A stretch of DNA of 64,000 bases, taken from the NCBI GenBank assembly GCA_964606485.1, contig CAZSGP010000002.1:138766-202765 (forward strand), written 5' to 3'. The translations under genes and the position numbers were made by a program. Source of the DNA: an uncultured Planctomycetia bacterium. GTDB taxonomy: Bacteria; Omnitrophota; Gorgyraeia; 2-02-FULL-51-18. This document shows positions 1 through 15,688 of the stretch, piece by piece (position 1 is the stretch's first letter; the number at the start of each line of letters is the position of its first letter). Below the pieces are notes generated by a model, which saw only the letters and a list, made by a program, of their open reading frames with translations, searched no databases and was not told where the DNA came from.

Positions 1-42
1 CATTCCTACCTTTTTTCCTAAAATCGCTAACATGGGAATTCC

Positions 43-357
43 TTATTTGATTTCAACGTCGACGCCGGCAGGCAAATCGAGTTTTCTAAGAGAATCGATA
101 GTCTTTCCGGTGGGATTCAGAATATCGAGAAGGCGCTTATGCGTCTTCATGAAAAACTGCTCGCGGGACTTTTTATCGATCACAGGTGAACGGTTCACGC
201 AAATAAGCTCGCAATCGGTCGGTAATGGGATGGGGCCCGAAACTTTTGCTCCAGTCCTTTTAGCCGTGTCTACGATTTCAATCACCGACTGATCTAATAC
301 CCGGTGATCATAAGCTTTTAAGCGTATTCTAATTTTCTGAACTTGTGCGGTAGCCAT
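43..357 (-). CDS. rpsJ: 30S ribosomal protein S10
   Basis: 104-aa ORF; the translation ([24 protein letters not shown]...) matches the conserved S10 sequence. It lies immediately downstream of tuf, as in str/S10 operons. Confidence 0.9.
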   Translation of the reverse strand: MATAQVQKIRIRLKAYDHRVLDQSVIEIVDTAKRTGAKVSGPIPLPTDCELICVNRSPVIDKKSREQFFMKTHKRLLDILNPTGKTIDSLRKLDLPAGVDVEIK

Positions 358-358
358 G

Positions 359-1549
359 TTAAGCCAAAATCTCCGAGATCACACCTGCTCCGACGGTATG
401 ACCGCCTTCACGAATGGCGAAGCGAAGTTCCTTCTCCATGGCGATGGGAGTGATGAGTTCGGCGCTGACCGAGATCGTGTCGCCGGGCATAACCATTTCC
501 ACATCCTTGGGAAGGGTGATGACTCCGGTCACGTCGGTGGTTCTAAAATAGAATTGGGGTTTGTAACCATTAAAGAAGGCTGTGTGACGTCCACCCTCTT
601 CTTTGGTCAGGATGTACACTTCGCCCTTGAACTTCGTGTGGGGAGTGATCGATCCGGGCTTCGCAAGAACCTGGCCTCTTTCAAGACCGGTTTTATCGAT
701 GCCTCTAAGAAGTAGGCCGACATTGTCTCCGGCTTGTCCGTCGTCAAGAAGCTTACGGAACATTTCAATACCGGTGATGACGGTTTTCTTAGTGGGGTGA
801 ATACCAACCACTTCGACTTCGTCGCCGACTTTGCAAAGACCGCGTTCGATACGGCCGGTTCCGACAGTGCCACGACCCGTGATCGAGAACACGTCTTCGA
901 TCGGCATGAGGAAGGGTTTATCCACTTCACGCTTGGGGGTTGGGACGTATTCGTCAACGGCTTTCATTAAATCCATGATGCATTGAGTTTTGTTGTCGTC
1001 GGTGGGGTTGTTGAGAGCTTCTAAGGCTGAACCACGGACCACGGGGGTCTTTTCACCGGGGAATTGGTACTTCGTGAGAAGCTCACGGACTTCCATTTCC
1101 ACAAGATCTAAAAGTTCTTTGTCGTCCACCGCGTCGCACTTGTTGAGGAATACGACAATGGCAGGGACACCGACCTGACGAGCTAAAAGAATGTGTTCAC
1201 GAGTTTGAGGCATTGGACCATCAGCTGCTGACACGACAAGGATCGCTCCGTCCATTTGAGCGGCACCGGTGATCATGTTTTTGATGTAGTCAGCATGGCC
1301 CGGGCAATCGACGTGAGCGTAGTGACGGTTAGCGGTAGAGTATTCCACGTGAGAGACGGCGATCGTGATACCACGCTCTCTTTCTTCGGGGGCGTTATCA
1401 ATGGTGTCGAAAGCGCGAGCTTCGCATAAGCCTTTTTTAGCAAGAACGGTGGTGATGGCGGCAGTGAGAGTCGTTTTGCCGTGATCGACGTGACCGATGG
1501 TGCCGATGTTAACGTGCGGCTTAGAGCGTTCGAATTTTTCTTTGGACAT
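359..1549 (-). CDS. tuf: elongation factor Tu (copy 1, str-operon copy)
   Basis: 396 aa with the [10 protein letters not shown]1 motif, DCPGHADY and NKCD motifs. Identical to the second copy at 15689..16879. Confidence 0.97.
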   Translation of the reverse strand: MSKEKFERSKPHVNIGTIGHVDHGKTTLTAAITTVLAKKGLCEARAFDTIDNAPEERERGITIAVSHVEYSTANRHYAHVDCPGHADYIKNMITGAAQMDGAILVVSAADGPMPQTREHILLARQVGVPAIVVFLNKCDAVDDKELLDLVEMEVRELLTKYQFPGEKTPVVRGSALEALNNPTDDNKTQCIMDLMKAVDEYVPTPKREVDKPFLMPIEDVFSITGRGTVGTGRIERGLCKVGDEVEVVGIHPTKKTVITGIEMFRKLLDDGQAGDNVGLLLRGIDKTGLERGQVLAKPGSITPHTKFKGEVYILTKEEGGRHTAFFNGYKPQFYFRTTDVTGVITLPKDVEMVMPGDTISVSAELITPIAMEKELRFAIREGGHTVGAGVISEILA

Positions 1550-1566
1550 TTATTATTCTCCTAAAA

Positions 1567-3675
1567 TTATCTGCTGCGTCTAACGATTGCGCTTCCGCTA
1601 TCCTGACGGCCTTTAACGATTTTTTCCGAAACATTTTTCGGCACTTCTTCATAATGTGAAGGTTCCATCATAAATGTTGCGCGGCCCTGACTTAAAGAGC
1701 GGCTAGATGTTGCATAACCAAACATTTCTGAAAGCGGAACAAACCCGCGAATAGTTTTTAAATTTCCCTTCGAACCGGTCGCTTGAATTTTGCAGCGCCG
1801 CGAGCTTAAGTCACCCACGATAGAACCCATGAATTCATCGGGCGTCACAACCTCAATATCCATAATCGGCTCAAGTAAAATTGCGTTAGCACCGCGCATA
1901 CCATCTTTAAATGCGTAGATAGCGGCCATTTTAAATGCGAGTTCCGAAGAGTCCACCACGTGGAACGAACCATCTAAAAGATCAACATGAATATCCGTAA
2001 CAGGATAACCAGCCAAAGCTCCAGAAAGTGACGCTTCCATAACACCCGCTTTAATAGGCGCAATAAATTCGCGTGGGATGGCACCACCAACAATCTTTGA
2101 TTCAAATGTAACTCCACTCCCCTTTTCCATGGGAGTCATTTGAAATACGACGTGACCATATTGACCGCGGCCACCTGATTGCTGAATATGCTTTCCGACG
2201 ATTTCGATGGGCTTCGTAATAGTTTCTTTGAAAGCAACTTGAGGTTTACCGACATTGGCTTCAACTTTAAATTCACGCTTCATGCGGTCAACAATAATTT
2301 CTAAGTGAAGTTCACCCATACCACTGATGATGGTCTCACCGGTTTCTGCATCATAGTGAACTCTTAACGTAGGATCTTCTTCCTTAAGACGTCCAAGAGC
2401 CATGCCTAATTTTTCTTGGTCTACTTTAGTTGCAGGCTCGATGGCCATATCAATAACTGGCTCAGGAAATTGCATTCTCTCGAGAATAATTGGGAATTTT
2501 TCATCACAAACCGAATCGCCGGTTTCCGTTTTCTTCAATCCAACAACGGCTCCGATATCACCCGCTGCAATTTCATCTACAATCTCTTGTTTGTTGGCGT
2601 GCATGCGAACTAATTTTCCAACGCGTTCTTTTTCATTTTTAGAAGCATTGTAAACATAAGTTCCGGAAACGATTTTTCCTGAATAGACTCGAATAAAAGT
2701 GAGCTTTCCAACAAAAGGATCCGTGGCAATTTTAAAAGCAAGCGCTGCTAAAGGTTCGTTGGCATCGGGATTGCGCGTTAAAGGAGCTTCGGTTACAGGA
2801 TCAATCCCAGGTGTCGGAGGAAGATCGATGGGAGACGGTAAATAATCAACCACCGCGTCTAAAACCAACTGAACGCCCTTATTTTTTAGCGAAGAACCGC
2901 AAAGAATAGGAACAAATTTAACAGCAACGGTTGTACGGCGAATAGCCGCTTTTAATTCATCTTTTGAAATTTCTTGGCCATGAATATATTTTTCCATCAT
3001 CGCGTCATCTACTTCAGAAAGTTTTTCAATGAGTTCGTTGCGGGCAGCTTCGGCTTCTACCTTCTGCTTAGCATCGAGCGCCACAACTTCATAATTCGCA
3101 CCCAGATCTTCGGTGTGATACATCTTGCAATCCATTTCAACCACATCAATTTGGCCTAAAAATTTATCTTCTGCTCCGATGGGAAGCTGGATAGGAGCTG
3201 CAACCGCGCCTAGACGCTCACGGATTTGATCGACCACCATTTTAAAATCCGCTCCAGTGCGATCCATTTTATTGACAAAGCAAACGCGAGGGACATGATA
3301 ACGATCGGCTTGGCGCCAAACAGTTTCCGACTGAGGCTCCACGCCAGAAACTGCGTCAAAAACGATGACGGCTCCGTCTAAAACTTTGAGAGAGCGCTCG
3401 ACTTCAACGGTAAAATCAACGTGACCGGGGGTATCAATCAAATTCATCCGGTGCTCTTTCCAAAAACATGTTGTCGCGGCAGATGTGATGGTGATACCAC
3501 GCTCTTGCTCTTGAGCCATCCAGTCCATGGTGGCAGTTCCTTCGTGAACTTCACCCATGCGATGCACTTTACCTGTGTAATAAAGAATGCGTTCACTCGT
3601 CGTGGTTTTACCCGCGTCGATATGCGCTGCAATTCCGAAATTTCTAGTTTTAATTAAAGGGTACGTGTTTGCCAT
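1567..3675 (-). CDS. fusA: elongation factor G
   Basis: 702 aa with [17 protein letters not shown] and NKMD GTPase motifs. Positioned between rpsG and tuf. Confidence 0.97.
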   Translation of the reverse strand: MANTYPLIKTRNFGIAAHIDAGKTTTSERILYYTGKVHRMGEVHEGTATMDWMAQEQERGITITSAATTCFWKEHRMNLIDTPGHVDFTVEVERSLKVLDGAVIVFDAVSGVEPQSETVWRQADRYHVPRVCFVNKMDRTGADFKMVVDQIRERLGAVAAPIQLPIGAEDKFLGQIDVVEMDCKMYHTEDLGANYEVVALDAKQKVEAEAARNELIEKLSEVDDAMMEKYIHGQEISKDELKAAIRRTTVAVKFVPILCGSSLKNKGVQLVLDAVVDYLPSPIDLPPTPGIDPVTEAPLTRNPDANEPLAALAFKIATDPFVGKLTFIRVYSGKIVSGTYVYNASKNEKERVGKLVRMHANKQEIVDEIAAGDIGAVVGLKKTETGDSVCDEKFPIILERMQFPEPVIDMAIEPATKVDQEKLGMALGRLKEEDPTLRVHYDAETGETIISGMGELHLEIIVDRMKREFKVEANVGKPQVAFKETITKPIEIVGKHIQQSGGRGQYGHVVFQMTPMEKGSGVTFESKIVGGAIPREFIAPIKAGVMEASLSGALAGYPVTDIHVDLLDGSFHVVDSSELAFKMAAIYAFKDGMRGANAILLEPIMDIEVVTPDEFMGSIVGDLSSRRCKIQATGSKGNLKTIRGFVPLSEMFGYATSSRSLSQGRATFMMEPSHYEEVPKNVSEKIVKGRQDSGSAIVRRSR

Positions 3676-3678
3676 TTT

Positions 3679-4149
3679 CTACCACTTATAGTGACTGAAA
3701 GCTCGGTTAGCTTCGGCCATTTTGTGAACTTCTTCGCGCTTCTTAACGGCTGTTCCCTGCCCGTTAAATGCTTCCAAAATTTCATCGGCGAGCTTTTGCT
3801 GCATCGGCTTACCTTTGCGGTTACGAGCGGCATTGCGAATCCAGCGCAATGCTAGCGATGCGCCGCGATCACCTCGAACTTCAATTGGAATCTGATAAGT
3901 TGCGCCACCCACTCGGCGAGACTTAAGCTCTAATAGGGGTCTAACATTATCAACTGCCTTGGTCAATACTTCCACAGGATCACTTTTTTGCGTTTTTTGC
4001 GCAACGATATTTAAAGCGCCGTAAACAATGGATTCGGCATTCCACTTTTTTCCGTCCTCAATCATCATATTAATAAAACGAGAAATTGTTTTATTACTGA
4101 ATTTCGGATCAGGGAGCACTTCTCTACGTTCTGCTCTTCTTCTTCTCAT
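3679..4149 (-). CDS. rpsG: 30S ribosomal protein S7
   Basis: 156 aa with S7-like sequence; str-operon position. Confidence 0.93.
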   Translation of the reverse strand: MRRRRAERREVLPDPKFSNKTISRFINMMIEDGKKWNAESIVYGALNIVAQKTQKSDPVEVLTKAVDNVRPLLELKSRRVGGATYQIPIEVRGDRGASLALRWIRNAARNRKGKPMQQKLADEILEAFNGQGTAVKKREEVHKMAEANRAFSHYKW

Positions 4150-4160
4150 TTATAAAATCC

Positions 4161-4583
4161 TTACTTTTTAGCGGGTGCTTTTGCACCGGCTGCGGGGGCG
4201 GCTGCGCCACCCTGTTTGGGAGCCTTCGCTCCATATTTTGAACGGCTTCTCCGACGGTCTGCCACTCCGCTCGTATCCAAGGTTCCACGAACGATGTGAT
4301 ATCGAACGCCCGGCAAATCCTTAACACGGCCGCCACGAATCGTCACGATCGAGTGTTCCTGCAAGTTATGTCCAACGCCCGGTATATACGCCGTTACTTC
4401 CATTCCATTCGTCAAGCGAACGCGAGCAACTTTTCGAAGTGCCGAATTTGGCTTTTTGGGTGTTTGGGTTTTAACCTGCAAACACACACCGCGGCGTTGT
4501 GGACTTCCTTTTAACGCCGGTGACTTCGTCTTCGTATTTACTTTTTGACGGCCTAGCCGAATCAACTGATTAATTGTTGGCAT
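4161..4583 (-). CDS. rpsL: 30S ribosomal protein S12 (with Ala/Pro/Lys-rich C-terminal extension)
   Basis: 140 aa; MPTINQLIR...[11 protein letters not shown] is canonical S12. It carries an extra ~17-aa tail, [16 protein letters not shown]. Confidence 0.93.
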   Translation of the reverse strand: MPTINQLIRLGRQKVNTKTKSPALKGSPQRRGVCLQVKTQTPKKPNSALRKVARVRLTNGMEVTAYIPGVGHNLQEHSIVTIRGGRVKDLPGVRYHIVRGTLDTSGVADRRRSRSKYGAKAPKQGGAAAPAAGAKAPAKK

Positions 4584-4586
4584 AAA

Positions 4587-7500
4587 CTACAGACTTTTCT
4601 CCTCGGAGATCAACTCTCCCAAATCAGACTTTCCGTTCTTATTTTCTTTTTTTGTTTCTTCACCAATTTGGCGAACGATTTCCACCCGGCGCTGACCTGC
4701 AAAACCTGTTCCGGCTGGAATAAGGTGGCCCATGATAACGTTTTCTTTCAGTCCAAGCAAGTAATCTTTTCGGCCCGCAGCAGCGGCATCCGTTAAGACT
4801 CTCGTTGTTTCTTGAAAACTGGCCGCCGAAATAAAACTATCGGTGCTGAGAGACGCTTTGGTAATACCCAAAAGAATGGGTTCTGCCGAAGCTGGTTTCT
4901 TTCCTTTTTTAGAAATGCGCTCATTCTCGTCTTGAAGTCTGCCCTTGTCCAATTGCATTCCTGCCAAATAGTCCGTATCTCCTGATTCCGATACACGAAC
5001 TTTTTTAAGCATCTGACGGACAATGACTTCAATGTGTTTATCATTAATGCTCACACCCTGCAAACGATAAACTTCCTGAATTTCATTGACGAGATATTCT
5101 TGTAGTTTGCGCTCACCGCTGATTCTCAAAATGTCCTGAGGAACGACGGGACCGTCAACCAACTGTTGACCGGAATAAACATAATCACCTTTGTAAACGT
5201 TCAAGTGTTTTCCGTGCGGAATGAGATATTCTTTTTTCATTCCGGTGGAACTCTTGACCACCACGCGGCGATGACCTTTTTTGCCTTCTCCAAATTCGAC
5301 GGTTCCGTCGATTTCAGAAATAATGGCTGGATCTTTCGGGCGACGCGCTTCAAATAATTCCGCGACGCGAGGAAGACCGCCGGTGATATCCTTCGTCTTC
5401 ATAACTTTACGCGGAGTTTTGCCGATCAAGTCACCCGCGTGAACTTTTTCTCCATCATCAACGACGATGTGAGCGCCGGTTGGAATTGGATAAATCGCAA
5501 CCACGTCTTTTTTGGAATCTAAAATAATAATTTGAGGATGGTGCTCACCGCGGTGTTCGATGATAACCCGCTCAATGTTTCCAGTTGCTGGATCCATCTG
5601 CTTATGCATGGTTACTTCTTCGATCACGTCTTCATATTTCACCGAACCTTCAACTTCGGTAAAAATTGAGGAGCTATACGGATCCCAGTCAATAAAGACC
5701 TGGCCCTTTTGAACCTTGCCACCATCTTTGACTTTCAAATATCCACCGTGAGGAACCGCATGGCGCTCCATTTCACGTCCGGATTCGTCGTGGATAGAAA
5801 TCTGACCGTTTCGATTCAAAATAACGAAACTGCCATTCTTCAATTCGACGGTTTTTAATCCGTGGTATTTGATAAGACCTGAATTTTTGACCTTGATAGA
5901 CGAATCGGCAACGGTTCTGCTCGCCGTTCCACCAATGTGGAAGGTTCTCATGGTGAGCTGTGTTCCCGGTTCACCGATGGACTGCGCAGCAATAATACCT
6001 ACTGCTTCGCCGAGTTCCACTAAGCGACCTGTTGCTAAATTGCGGCCGTAGCACTTAGCGCAAACACCGCGCTTGGATTCGCAAGTGAGCACGGAACGAA
6101 TTTTAATTTTGTCGATTCCAGCTTCTTCAATCTGGCGCGCCATTTCGTCAACGATTTCTTGTCCGGCTTCTACGATTGTGGTATCCGTAACAACATCTAC
6201 GATATTATCGAGAGCCACGCGACCGATGATGCGTTCGCGAAGTGGAACAACGATTTCATCGCCTTCAACGATAGCCTCAATAAAGATACCCTTCACCGTT
6301 CCGCAATCTTCCTGATTAATGATCACGTCCTGTGCCACGTCTACTAAACGACGCGTCAGGTAACCGGAGTCGGCTGTTTTCAAAGCGGTATCCGCCAAAC
6401 CTTTGCGCGCACCGTGCGTCGAAATAAAATATTCGAGCATGGTCAAACCTTCGCGGAAATTTGATTTGATCGGATTTTCAATAATTTCACCTGACGGCTT
6501 CGCCATCAAACCACGCATACCCGCCAGCTGACGAATCTGCTGTTTGGATCCGCGCGCACCGGAGTCGGCCATCATGAAAATTGGATTAAAGACATCAAGC
6601 TCCGCAAAAACACTGTCTGCGACTTCGTCCGTAGCCTGAGTCCAAATATCAATAATGTTGTTGTAGCGTTCACCTTCGGTGATCACACCGCGGCGATACT
6701 GCTCATCAACTTTGGAAACTTTTTCAGTGGCTCTGTCGATAACCTGTTGTTTTTTGGTCGGAATACGCAGATCGTCTACGGAAATAGAGATTCCCGCGAG
6801 CGTCGCGTGTTCGAAACCTAAATCCTTCAGATCATCTAGTAGCTGAATGGTGCGGTGGTGGCCGGACTTTTTATAAGAGTCGGCGATCACAGCGTTCAGC
6901 TTGGACTTGCTTAAAATTCCATTAAAGAATGGAACGTTCTCGGGAAGCAGCTGATTAAAAATCACTCTGCCGGTGGTGGTTTCCACCATCGAACCCTTGA
7001 TGCGAACCTTAATTTTTGCGTGAAGGTGCAATTCTTTGTCTGAATAAGCCGTGATAACTTCCTCAGCACTAGAGAATATGAGACCTTCCCCCATCGCTCC
7101 CTTTCTCTCTTTTGAGAGATAATAGCAACCAAGCACCACGTCCTGCGTGGGAGTCGCGACTGGGCGACCATCGGCCGGTGAGAAAATATTATTCACCGAC
7201 ATAATGAGAATACGGCACTCAATCTGCGCTTCCAGTGAAAGCGGAACGTGAACGGCCATTTGGTCACCGTCGAAGTCGGCGTTGAAAGCCGCGCAAACGA
7301 GCGGATGAACACGAATAGCTTTTCCTTCAACCAAGACCGGCTCAAACGCCTGAATACCCAAACGGTGAAGTGTGGGGGCGCGGTTGAGCATGACGGGGTG
7401 GTTCTTAATAACTTCTTCTAAAATGTCCCAAACTTCTAAGCGTTCTTTTTCCACCATGCGCTTGGCGCTCTTAATGGTGTGAACAAAGCCGCGTTCACGA

Positions 7501-8652
7501 AGTTTTTTGATGATAAACGGCTCGAAAAGTTCGAGAGCCATCTTTTTTGGTAGTCCGCATTGATGCAATTTTAATTCTGGTCCAACGACGATAACCGAAC
7601 GACCGGAATAATCGACGCGTTTTCCAAGCAGATTCTGACGGAAGCGACCTTGTTTTCCCTTAAGCATATCGCTTAATGATTTTAAGGGGCGATTTCCCGA
7701 GCCCAGCACCGGACGACCGTGACGGCCATTGTCAAACAAGGCGTCAACAGCTTCCTGAAGCATGCGCTTTTCGTTACGCACAATGACTTCCGGAGCACGA
7801 AGTTCGAGTAGCTTTTTCAAACGGTTATTGCGGTTAATCACTCGACGATACAAATCATTCAAATCGCTAGTCGCAAAACGTCCACCATCTAAGGGAACGA
7901 GAGGACGCAGATCTGGCGGAATAACAGGGACGGCTTCTAAAACCATCCAATCTAAGTTATTTCCGGAATTTTGAAACTGCTCCACGATTCGAAGATTTTT
8001 AATAATTTTCTTCTGCGTCGCTTCGCTCTTTGCGCTGCGAAGTTCTTCGTGTAGCCGGCGACCTAATTTTTCAAGATTTACTTCTCTTAAGAGGTCGCGA
8101 ATGGCTTCGGCGCCCATCTTGGCCGTAAATTTGTGGCCGTAATTATCGATCATCTGTTGGTATTTTTCTTCGTTCAACAGATCACCCGCTTTGAGCGGTG
8201 TGTCACCTGGATCGATCACAATATATTCTTCATAATAAATAATTCTCTCGAGCTCTCTCAAGTTTAAATCTAGAAGAGCACCCAAACGTGAAGGTACGGA
8301 TTTGTAAAACCAAATATGCGTCACCGGAGCTGCGAGTTCAATATGCCCCATCCGTTCACGACGCACCTTAGAAAGGGTAACTTCCACGCCGCAACGATCG
8401 CAGATGATGCCTTTATGCTTAATACGCTTGTATTTTCCGCAGTTACATTCCCAATCCCTGGAAGGTCCGAAAATCTTTTCGCAGAACAAGCCATCTTTTT
8501 CAGGCTTGAACGTACGGTAATTAATCGTTTCCGGTTTCCTGACTTCACCTCTAGACCAAGAACGAATTACATCGCTCGATGCAATCTTGATCGAAATAAA
8601 ATCAAAACTGGGTGAAACATGCTCCATATTGTTCGCGGGAGTCTCTAGAGTT

Positions 8653-8660
<8 letters not shown>
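4587..8660 (-). CDS. rpoC: DNA-directed RNA polymerase subunit beta'
   Basis: The giant ORF has RpoC motifs (zinc finger CxxC...CxxC, NADFDGD). The six-frame ORF extends to 8708, but the likely start is ATG at 8660 (MSKTLE...), which overlaps the rpoB stop in an ATGAGTAAA arrangement. Confidence 0.92.
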
Positions 8661-12372
<3,712 letters not shown>

Positions 12373-12409
12373 AAGCCTTCCTTTTTTGAAAAAAGTGAGC
12401 CTTGCTTTA

Positions 12410-12465
12410 GAAACAATTAAAAAACAAAGGATAACCTATGCCTTGGAAAAAGGCATAAGTTATCT
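12410..12465 (-). promoter_or_regulatory. rplL-rpoB intergenic attenuator / partial terminator
   Basis: Perfect hairpin ataacctatgcctt / aaggcataagttat at 12431..12463, followed on the minus strand by a U-run (cctttgtttttt). This is the classic position of the L7/L12-rpoB attenuator. Confidence 0.55.
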
Positions 12466-12474
12466 TTTGAAAAT

Positions 12475-12894
12475 TTATTTAAGTTCGACAGTGGCGCCAG
12501 CCGCTTCGAGAGTTTTCTTGATTGCTTCGGCTTCTTTGACTGGGACGTTGTCTTTGACGGGCTTGGGGGCCGCATCAACGAGATCCTTGGCTTCTTTGAG
12601 GCCAAGATTCGTCACGCCACGGATTTCTTTGATCACGCCAATTTTGTTGGCACCGGCACTTTTGAGAATGATCGTAACAGAAGTCTTCTCTTCTGCAGCT
12701 GCTGCACCTGCACCAGCTCCTGCACCCGGGGCCGCCATGGCCATCATGGGAGCGCTCGCGGATACTCCAAACTTCTCTTCAAGAGCCTTTACGAGCTCGG
12801 CCAATTCCAACACGCTCATAGACTCAATCGAGCTGATCATGTCTTGCATTTTGGAACCTGCGCCGTTTTTCTGTGCTTCAACGGTTTGTGTCAT
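12475..12894 (-). CDS. rplL: 50S ribosomal protein L7/L12
   Basis: 139 aa with an Ala/Gly-rich hinge ([16 protein letters not shown]) and a conserved C-terminal domain. Confidence 0.95.
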   Translation of the reverse strand: MTQTVEAQKNGAGSKMQDMISSIESMSVLELAELVKALEEKFGVSASAPMMAMAAPGAGAGAGAAAAEEKTSVTIILKSAGANKIGVIKEIRGVTNLGLKEAKDLVDAAPKPVKDNVPVKEAEAIKKTLEAAGATVELK

Positions 12895-12922
12895 TTTGTT
12901 TTCCTCGCTTTATTGTTTTTGT

Positions 12923-13456
12923 TTAAGTTTGTTTTTTCTTTGCAATAGCATCCAGAGCCGTCACAACTTTACGCATCGTTCCAGCTAGAACACCCACAAA
13001 TCTCGATATCGGTGCTTGCATTCCACCAAGTACTTTTGCAACAAGCACTTCTCTGGAAGGAAGATTCGCTAATTCTTTTACTTGATCAGCAGTAATCATC
13101 TTTCCGTTCATCATGCCTAAATGGATTTTGAATGCTTCGTTTTCCTTAGCAAAACCCACCAATGTTTTAGACGAGGACACTACGTCGCCGCTAGAGAAAG
13201 CAATTCCGGGCGCGCCCGTAAGACTTTCAGCTGCCGCACTCATCCCTGTGTTTTCTAGCGCCTTGCGGCCTAGGCTTTTCTTTACGGACATGTAGCGCGT
13301 CTTCGATGTGCGAAGTTTAGCGCGAAGCTTGTCCATTGAAGTGGCTGAGACAGTTCCCTGCTCCACCACAAAAAAAGTGGGGTGATTCTTAATCTGACCT
13401 TCAATCTCTTTAATAATTAAATCTTTAGAAACTCGGCTAAAACCTGTAGTCTTCAT
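12923..13456 (-). CDS. rplJ: 50S ribosomal protein L10
   Basis: 177 aa, immediately upstream of rplL; L10-like sequence. Confidence 0.88.
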   Translation of the reverse strand: MKTTGFSRVSKDLIIKEIEGQIKNHPTFFVVEQGTVSATSMDKLRAKLRTSKTRYMSVKKSLGRKALENTGMSAAAESLTGAPGIAFSSGDVVSSSKTLVGFAKENEAFKIHLGMMNGKMITADQVKELANLPSREVLVAKVLGGMQAPISRFVGVLAGTMRKVVTALDAIAKKKQT

Positions 13457-13459
13457 GGA

Positions 13460-14194
13460 TTACTCCGTGCTCTCCGCATCATTCATAAATTTCGACAAGT
13501 CCAATTTCGCGGCGGGTCCCATCGTGCTTGAAAGGTGCGCGCTCTTAATAAAAACACCTTTCAGAGACCGGGGGCGAGCCTTCACTAGCGACTCGATCAG
13601 CGCCGTTCCATTTTCTGCAATTTTCTCATCGGTAAACGAAAGTTTGCCGATAGAAGTATTTACGTTTGCAAACTTATCCATCTTAAATTCAATTCGACCG
13701 CCTTTAATTTCTTTCACAGCCTTGGCGGGGTTGTCCGTAACAGTTCCCGCTTTTGGTGATGGCATGAGACCGCGAGGGCCAAGGACTTTACCTAGCTTAC
13801 CCACGTCTTTCATCATGGTTGGCGTTGAAATAACAACGTCGAAATCCATCCAGCCACCCATAACCTTTTCAATCAAATCATCCCCACCAACAACGTCGGC
13901 ACCCGCTTCTTTAGCCGTTTTTGCGCTGTCATCTTTAGAGAAAACAATAACGCGCAACGTTTTACCCTGTCCATGCGGAAGTACGGCAGTTCCGCGAACA
14001 TTCTGATCATTCGCAGCTGGATCTACGCCGAGCTTGAATTGAATATCAACGGACTGATCAAACTTCGTCTTGGGGCCTTTTCTTAGAAAACTCACTGCGT
14101 CGCGAAGGTTGTAAACTTTGCCCTTCTCAACCAACTTCACAAGTTCTTTTTGTCTTTTTGTGACTAGCTTTGACATATTATCCCTCAACCTCAA
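13460..14194 (-). CDS. rplA: 50S ribosomal protein L1
   Basis: 244 aa with L1-like sequence. Overlaps the rplK end by 17 nt. Confidence 0.92.
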   Translation of the reverse strand: MRLRDNMSKLVTKRQKELVKLVEKGKVYNLRDAVSFLRKGPKTKFDQSVDIQFKLGVDPAANDQNVRGTAVLPHGQGKTLRVIVFSKDDSAKTAKEAGADVVGGDDLIEKVMGGWMDFDVVISTPTMMKDVGKLGKVLGPRGLMPSPKAGTVTDNPAKAVKEIKGGRIEFKMDKFANVNTSIGKLSFTDEKIAENGTALIESLVKARPRSLKGVFIKSAHLSSTMGPAAKLDLSKFMNDAESTE

Positions 14195-14603
14195 TACCCA
14201 TGCTTCTGGCGGTACCCTTTAAAATTCTATAAGTTCCAGCTTTATCCTTAGCATTCAAATCAACTGCTTTCATTTCCGCTATCTCTTCAAGCTGAGCCAT
14301 TGTAATTTTTCCAACTTTTGTTTTGTTGGGCTCACCGGACGCTTTGGCGACACCGCAAGCTCTCTTTAATAGAACCGCTGTCGGAGCGCTTTTAACCACA
14401 AAATCAAAGCTGCGATCTTCATAAACGGTGATCACAGCCGGAAGCGTCAAACCTTCACGACCCTTGGTCCGCTCATTAAACTGCTTACAAAAATCCATAA
14501 TGTTAACGCCGTGCTGACCGAGCGCTGGACCGACAGGAGGAGCCGGATTTGCGGCGCCCGCGGGACAGTAAAGTTTGATCGTTGTTTTAATTTTTTTTGC
14601 CAT
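14178..14603 (-). CDS. rplK: 50S ribosomal protein L11
   Basis: 141 aa; [11 protein letters not shown]...[16 protein letters not shown] is the canonical L11 N-terminus. Confidence 0.95.
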   Translation of the reverse strand: MAKKIKTTIKLYCPAGAANPAPPVGPALGQHGVNIMDFCKQFNERTKGREGLTLPAVITVYEDRSFDFVVKSAPTAVLLKRACGVAKASGEPNKTKVGKITMAQLEEIAEMKAVDLNAKDKAGTYRILKGTARSMGIEVEG

Positions 14604-14614
14604 GATTCATATCC

Positions 14615-15145
14615 CTACATTTTTTCTACTTGCCAATACTCGAGCTCAACGGGGGTCGTTCTTCCAAAAATCGCAACCATTACCTTTAACTTACCTTTGT
14701 TCGGATTGACTTCATCAATCGTCCCATTAAAATTTACAAACGGACCTTCTTTAACACGAATGCTTTCACCCTTTTCATAAATAATCTTCGGTGTCGGCTT
14801 CTCTTTCTTTTCTTCTGCCTGCTTAATGATGCTGTTGACTTCCGTCTCTTTTAAAGGAAGCGGCTTTTTGCCTGCACCAATAAACCCGCTGACGCCTGGC
14901 GTATTGCGAACCAGGTACCATGTCTCGTCTGAAAGTTCCATTTCAACAAGAACATATCCTGGGAAAAATTTGCGCGTTGAGATCTTTTTTTTACCAGCTT
15001 TGACTTCTGAAACTTTTTCAGTCGGGATCAATACCTGAGTGATTTTATCTTGAAGGTTATACTGCTGAGTTCTACCTTCAAGCGTCGTTTTTACGCGCTC
15101 TTCGTGCCCTGTCTGCGTGTGAATCACGTACCAATGTTTGCTCAT
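14615..15145 (-). CDS. nusG: transcription termination/antitermination factor NusG
   Basis: 176 aa with a KOW-containing C-terminus (GPFVNFNGTIDEV). Position between secE and rplK. Confidence 0.92.
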   Translation of the reverse strand: MSKHWYVIHTQTGHEERVKTTLEGRTQQYNLQDKITQVLIPTEKVSEVKAGKKKISTRKFFPGYVLVEMELSDETWYLVRNTPGVSGFIGAGKKPLPLKETEVNSIIKQAEEKKEKPTPKIIYEKGESIRVKEGPFVNFNGTIDEVNPNKGKLKVMVAIFGRTTPVELEYWQVEKM

Positions 15146-15156
15146 GAAAAAATCAT

Positions 15157-15342
15157 TTACCTCAAGATCAGTGATAAAACGTATGAAAGAATTAAATCCG
15201 TTACTCCAATAAAACTCGACAGGATTGCCATGGTCACGAGAACCACTGTCGTTGATCCAATGAGCTCTTCACGCGTCGCCCAAGTTACCTTTTGCATCTC
15301 GGCACGTACTTCTGACGTGAACCCTTGAATTTTCTTAATCAT
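15157..15342 (-). CDS. secE: preprotein translocase subunit SecE
   Basis: A single C-terminal TM helix preceded by a basic segment. The ORF-track start at 15426 would overlap tRNA-Trp, so the internal Met (MIKKIQGF...) at 15342 is preferred. Confidence 0.8.
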   Translation of the reverse strand: MIKKIQGFTSEVRAEMQKVTWATREELIGSTTVVLVTMAILSSFIGVTDLILSYVLSLILR

Positions 15343-15368
15343 CTCTTTAAACTTCCCCTTCGCATCCG

Positions 15369-15442
15369 CAGGCCAGGAGGGACTCGAACCCCCAACAAGC
15401 GGTTTTGGAGACCGCCGCTCTACCAATTGGAGCTACTGGCCT
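15369..15442 (-). tRNA. tRNA-Trp (anticodon CCA)
   Basis: Hand-folded cloverleaf: acceptor aggccag/ctggcct, anticodon loop cuCCAaa, T-loop ggttcgagtcc. Confidence 0.85.
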
Positions 15443-15461
15443 AAACCTTTTATGTGCAATT

Positions 15462-15505
15462 AAAAAAAGCAAAAAAAGCTCTTCAATCGGTTTTAAATCC
15501 GATTG
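15462..15505 (-). terminator. rho-independent terminator downstream of rpmG
   Basis: Hairpin caatcgg-ttttaaat-ccgattg at 15484..15505, followed on the minus strand by aagagctttttttgcttttttt. Confidence 0.6.
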
Positions 15506-15516
15506 AATGCTATAAA

Positions 15517-15666
15517 CTATTTCTTCTCTTTATGTACCGTGTGTTTACGGCAAAAAGGGCAATACTTTTTAAGCTCTATCCTCTCGGGATGTAGCTTTTT
15601 ATTTTTATTCGACGTGTAATTGCGATTCTGACACGACGTGCACTCAAAATCAATAAATTCTCTCAT
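15517..15666 (-). CDS. rpmG: 50S ribosomal protein L33
   Basis: A 49-aa ORF missed by the ORF track ([49 protein letters not shown]). The four Cys zinc ribbon and L33 consensus are recognisable by eye. Confidence 0.85.
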   Translation of the reverse strand: MREFIDFECTSCQNRNYTSNKNKKLHPERIELKKYCPFCRKHTVHKEKK

Positions 15667-15688
15667 GATGCTTTAAATACCCTCTGGC

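Noticed and set aside
32-292. 86-aa plus-strand ORF at the window start
   Set aside because: Lies entirely antisense to the well-supported rpsJ gene and has no recognisable motif; typical shadow ORF.
15343-15426. Long N-terminal extension of SecE (ORF-track start at 15426)
   Set aside because: It would overlap tRNA-Trp (15369..15442) on the same strand. The internal Met gives a normally sized SecE.
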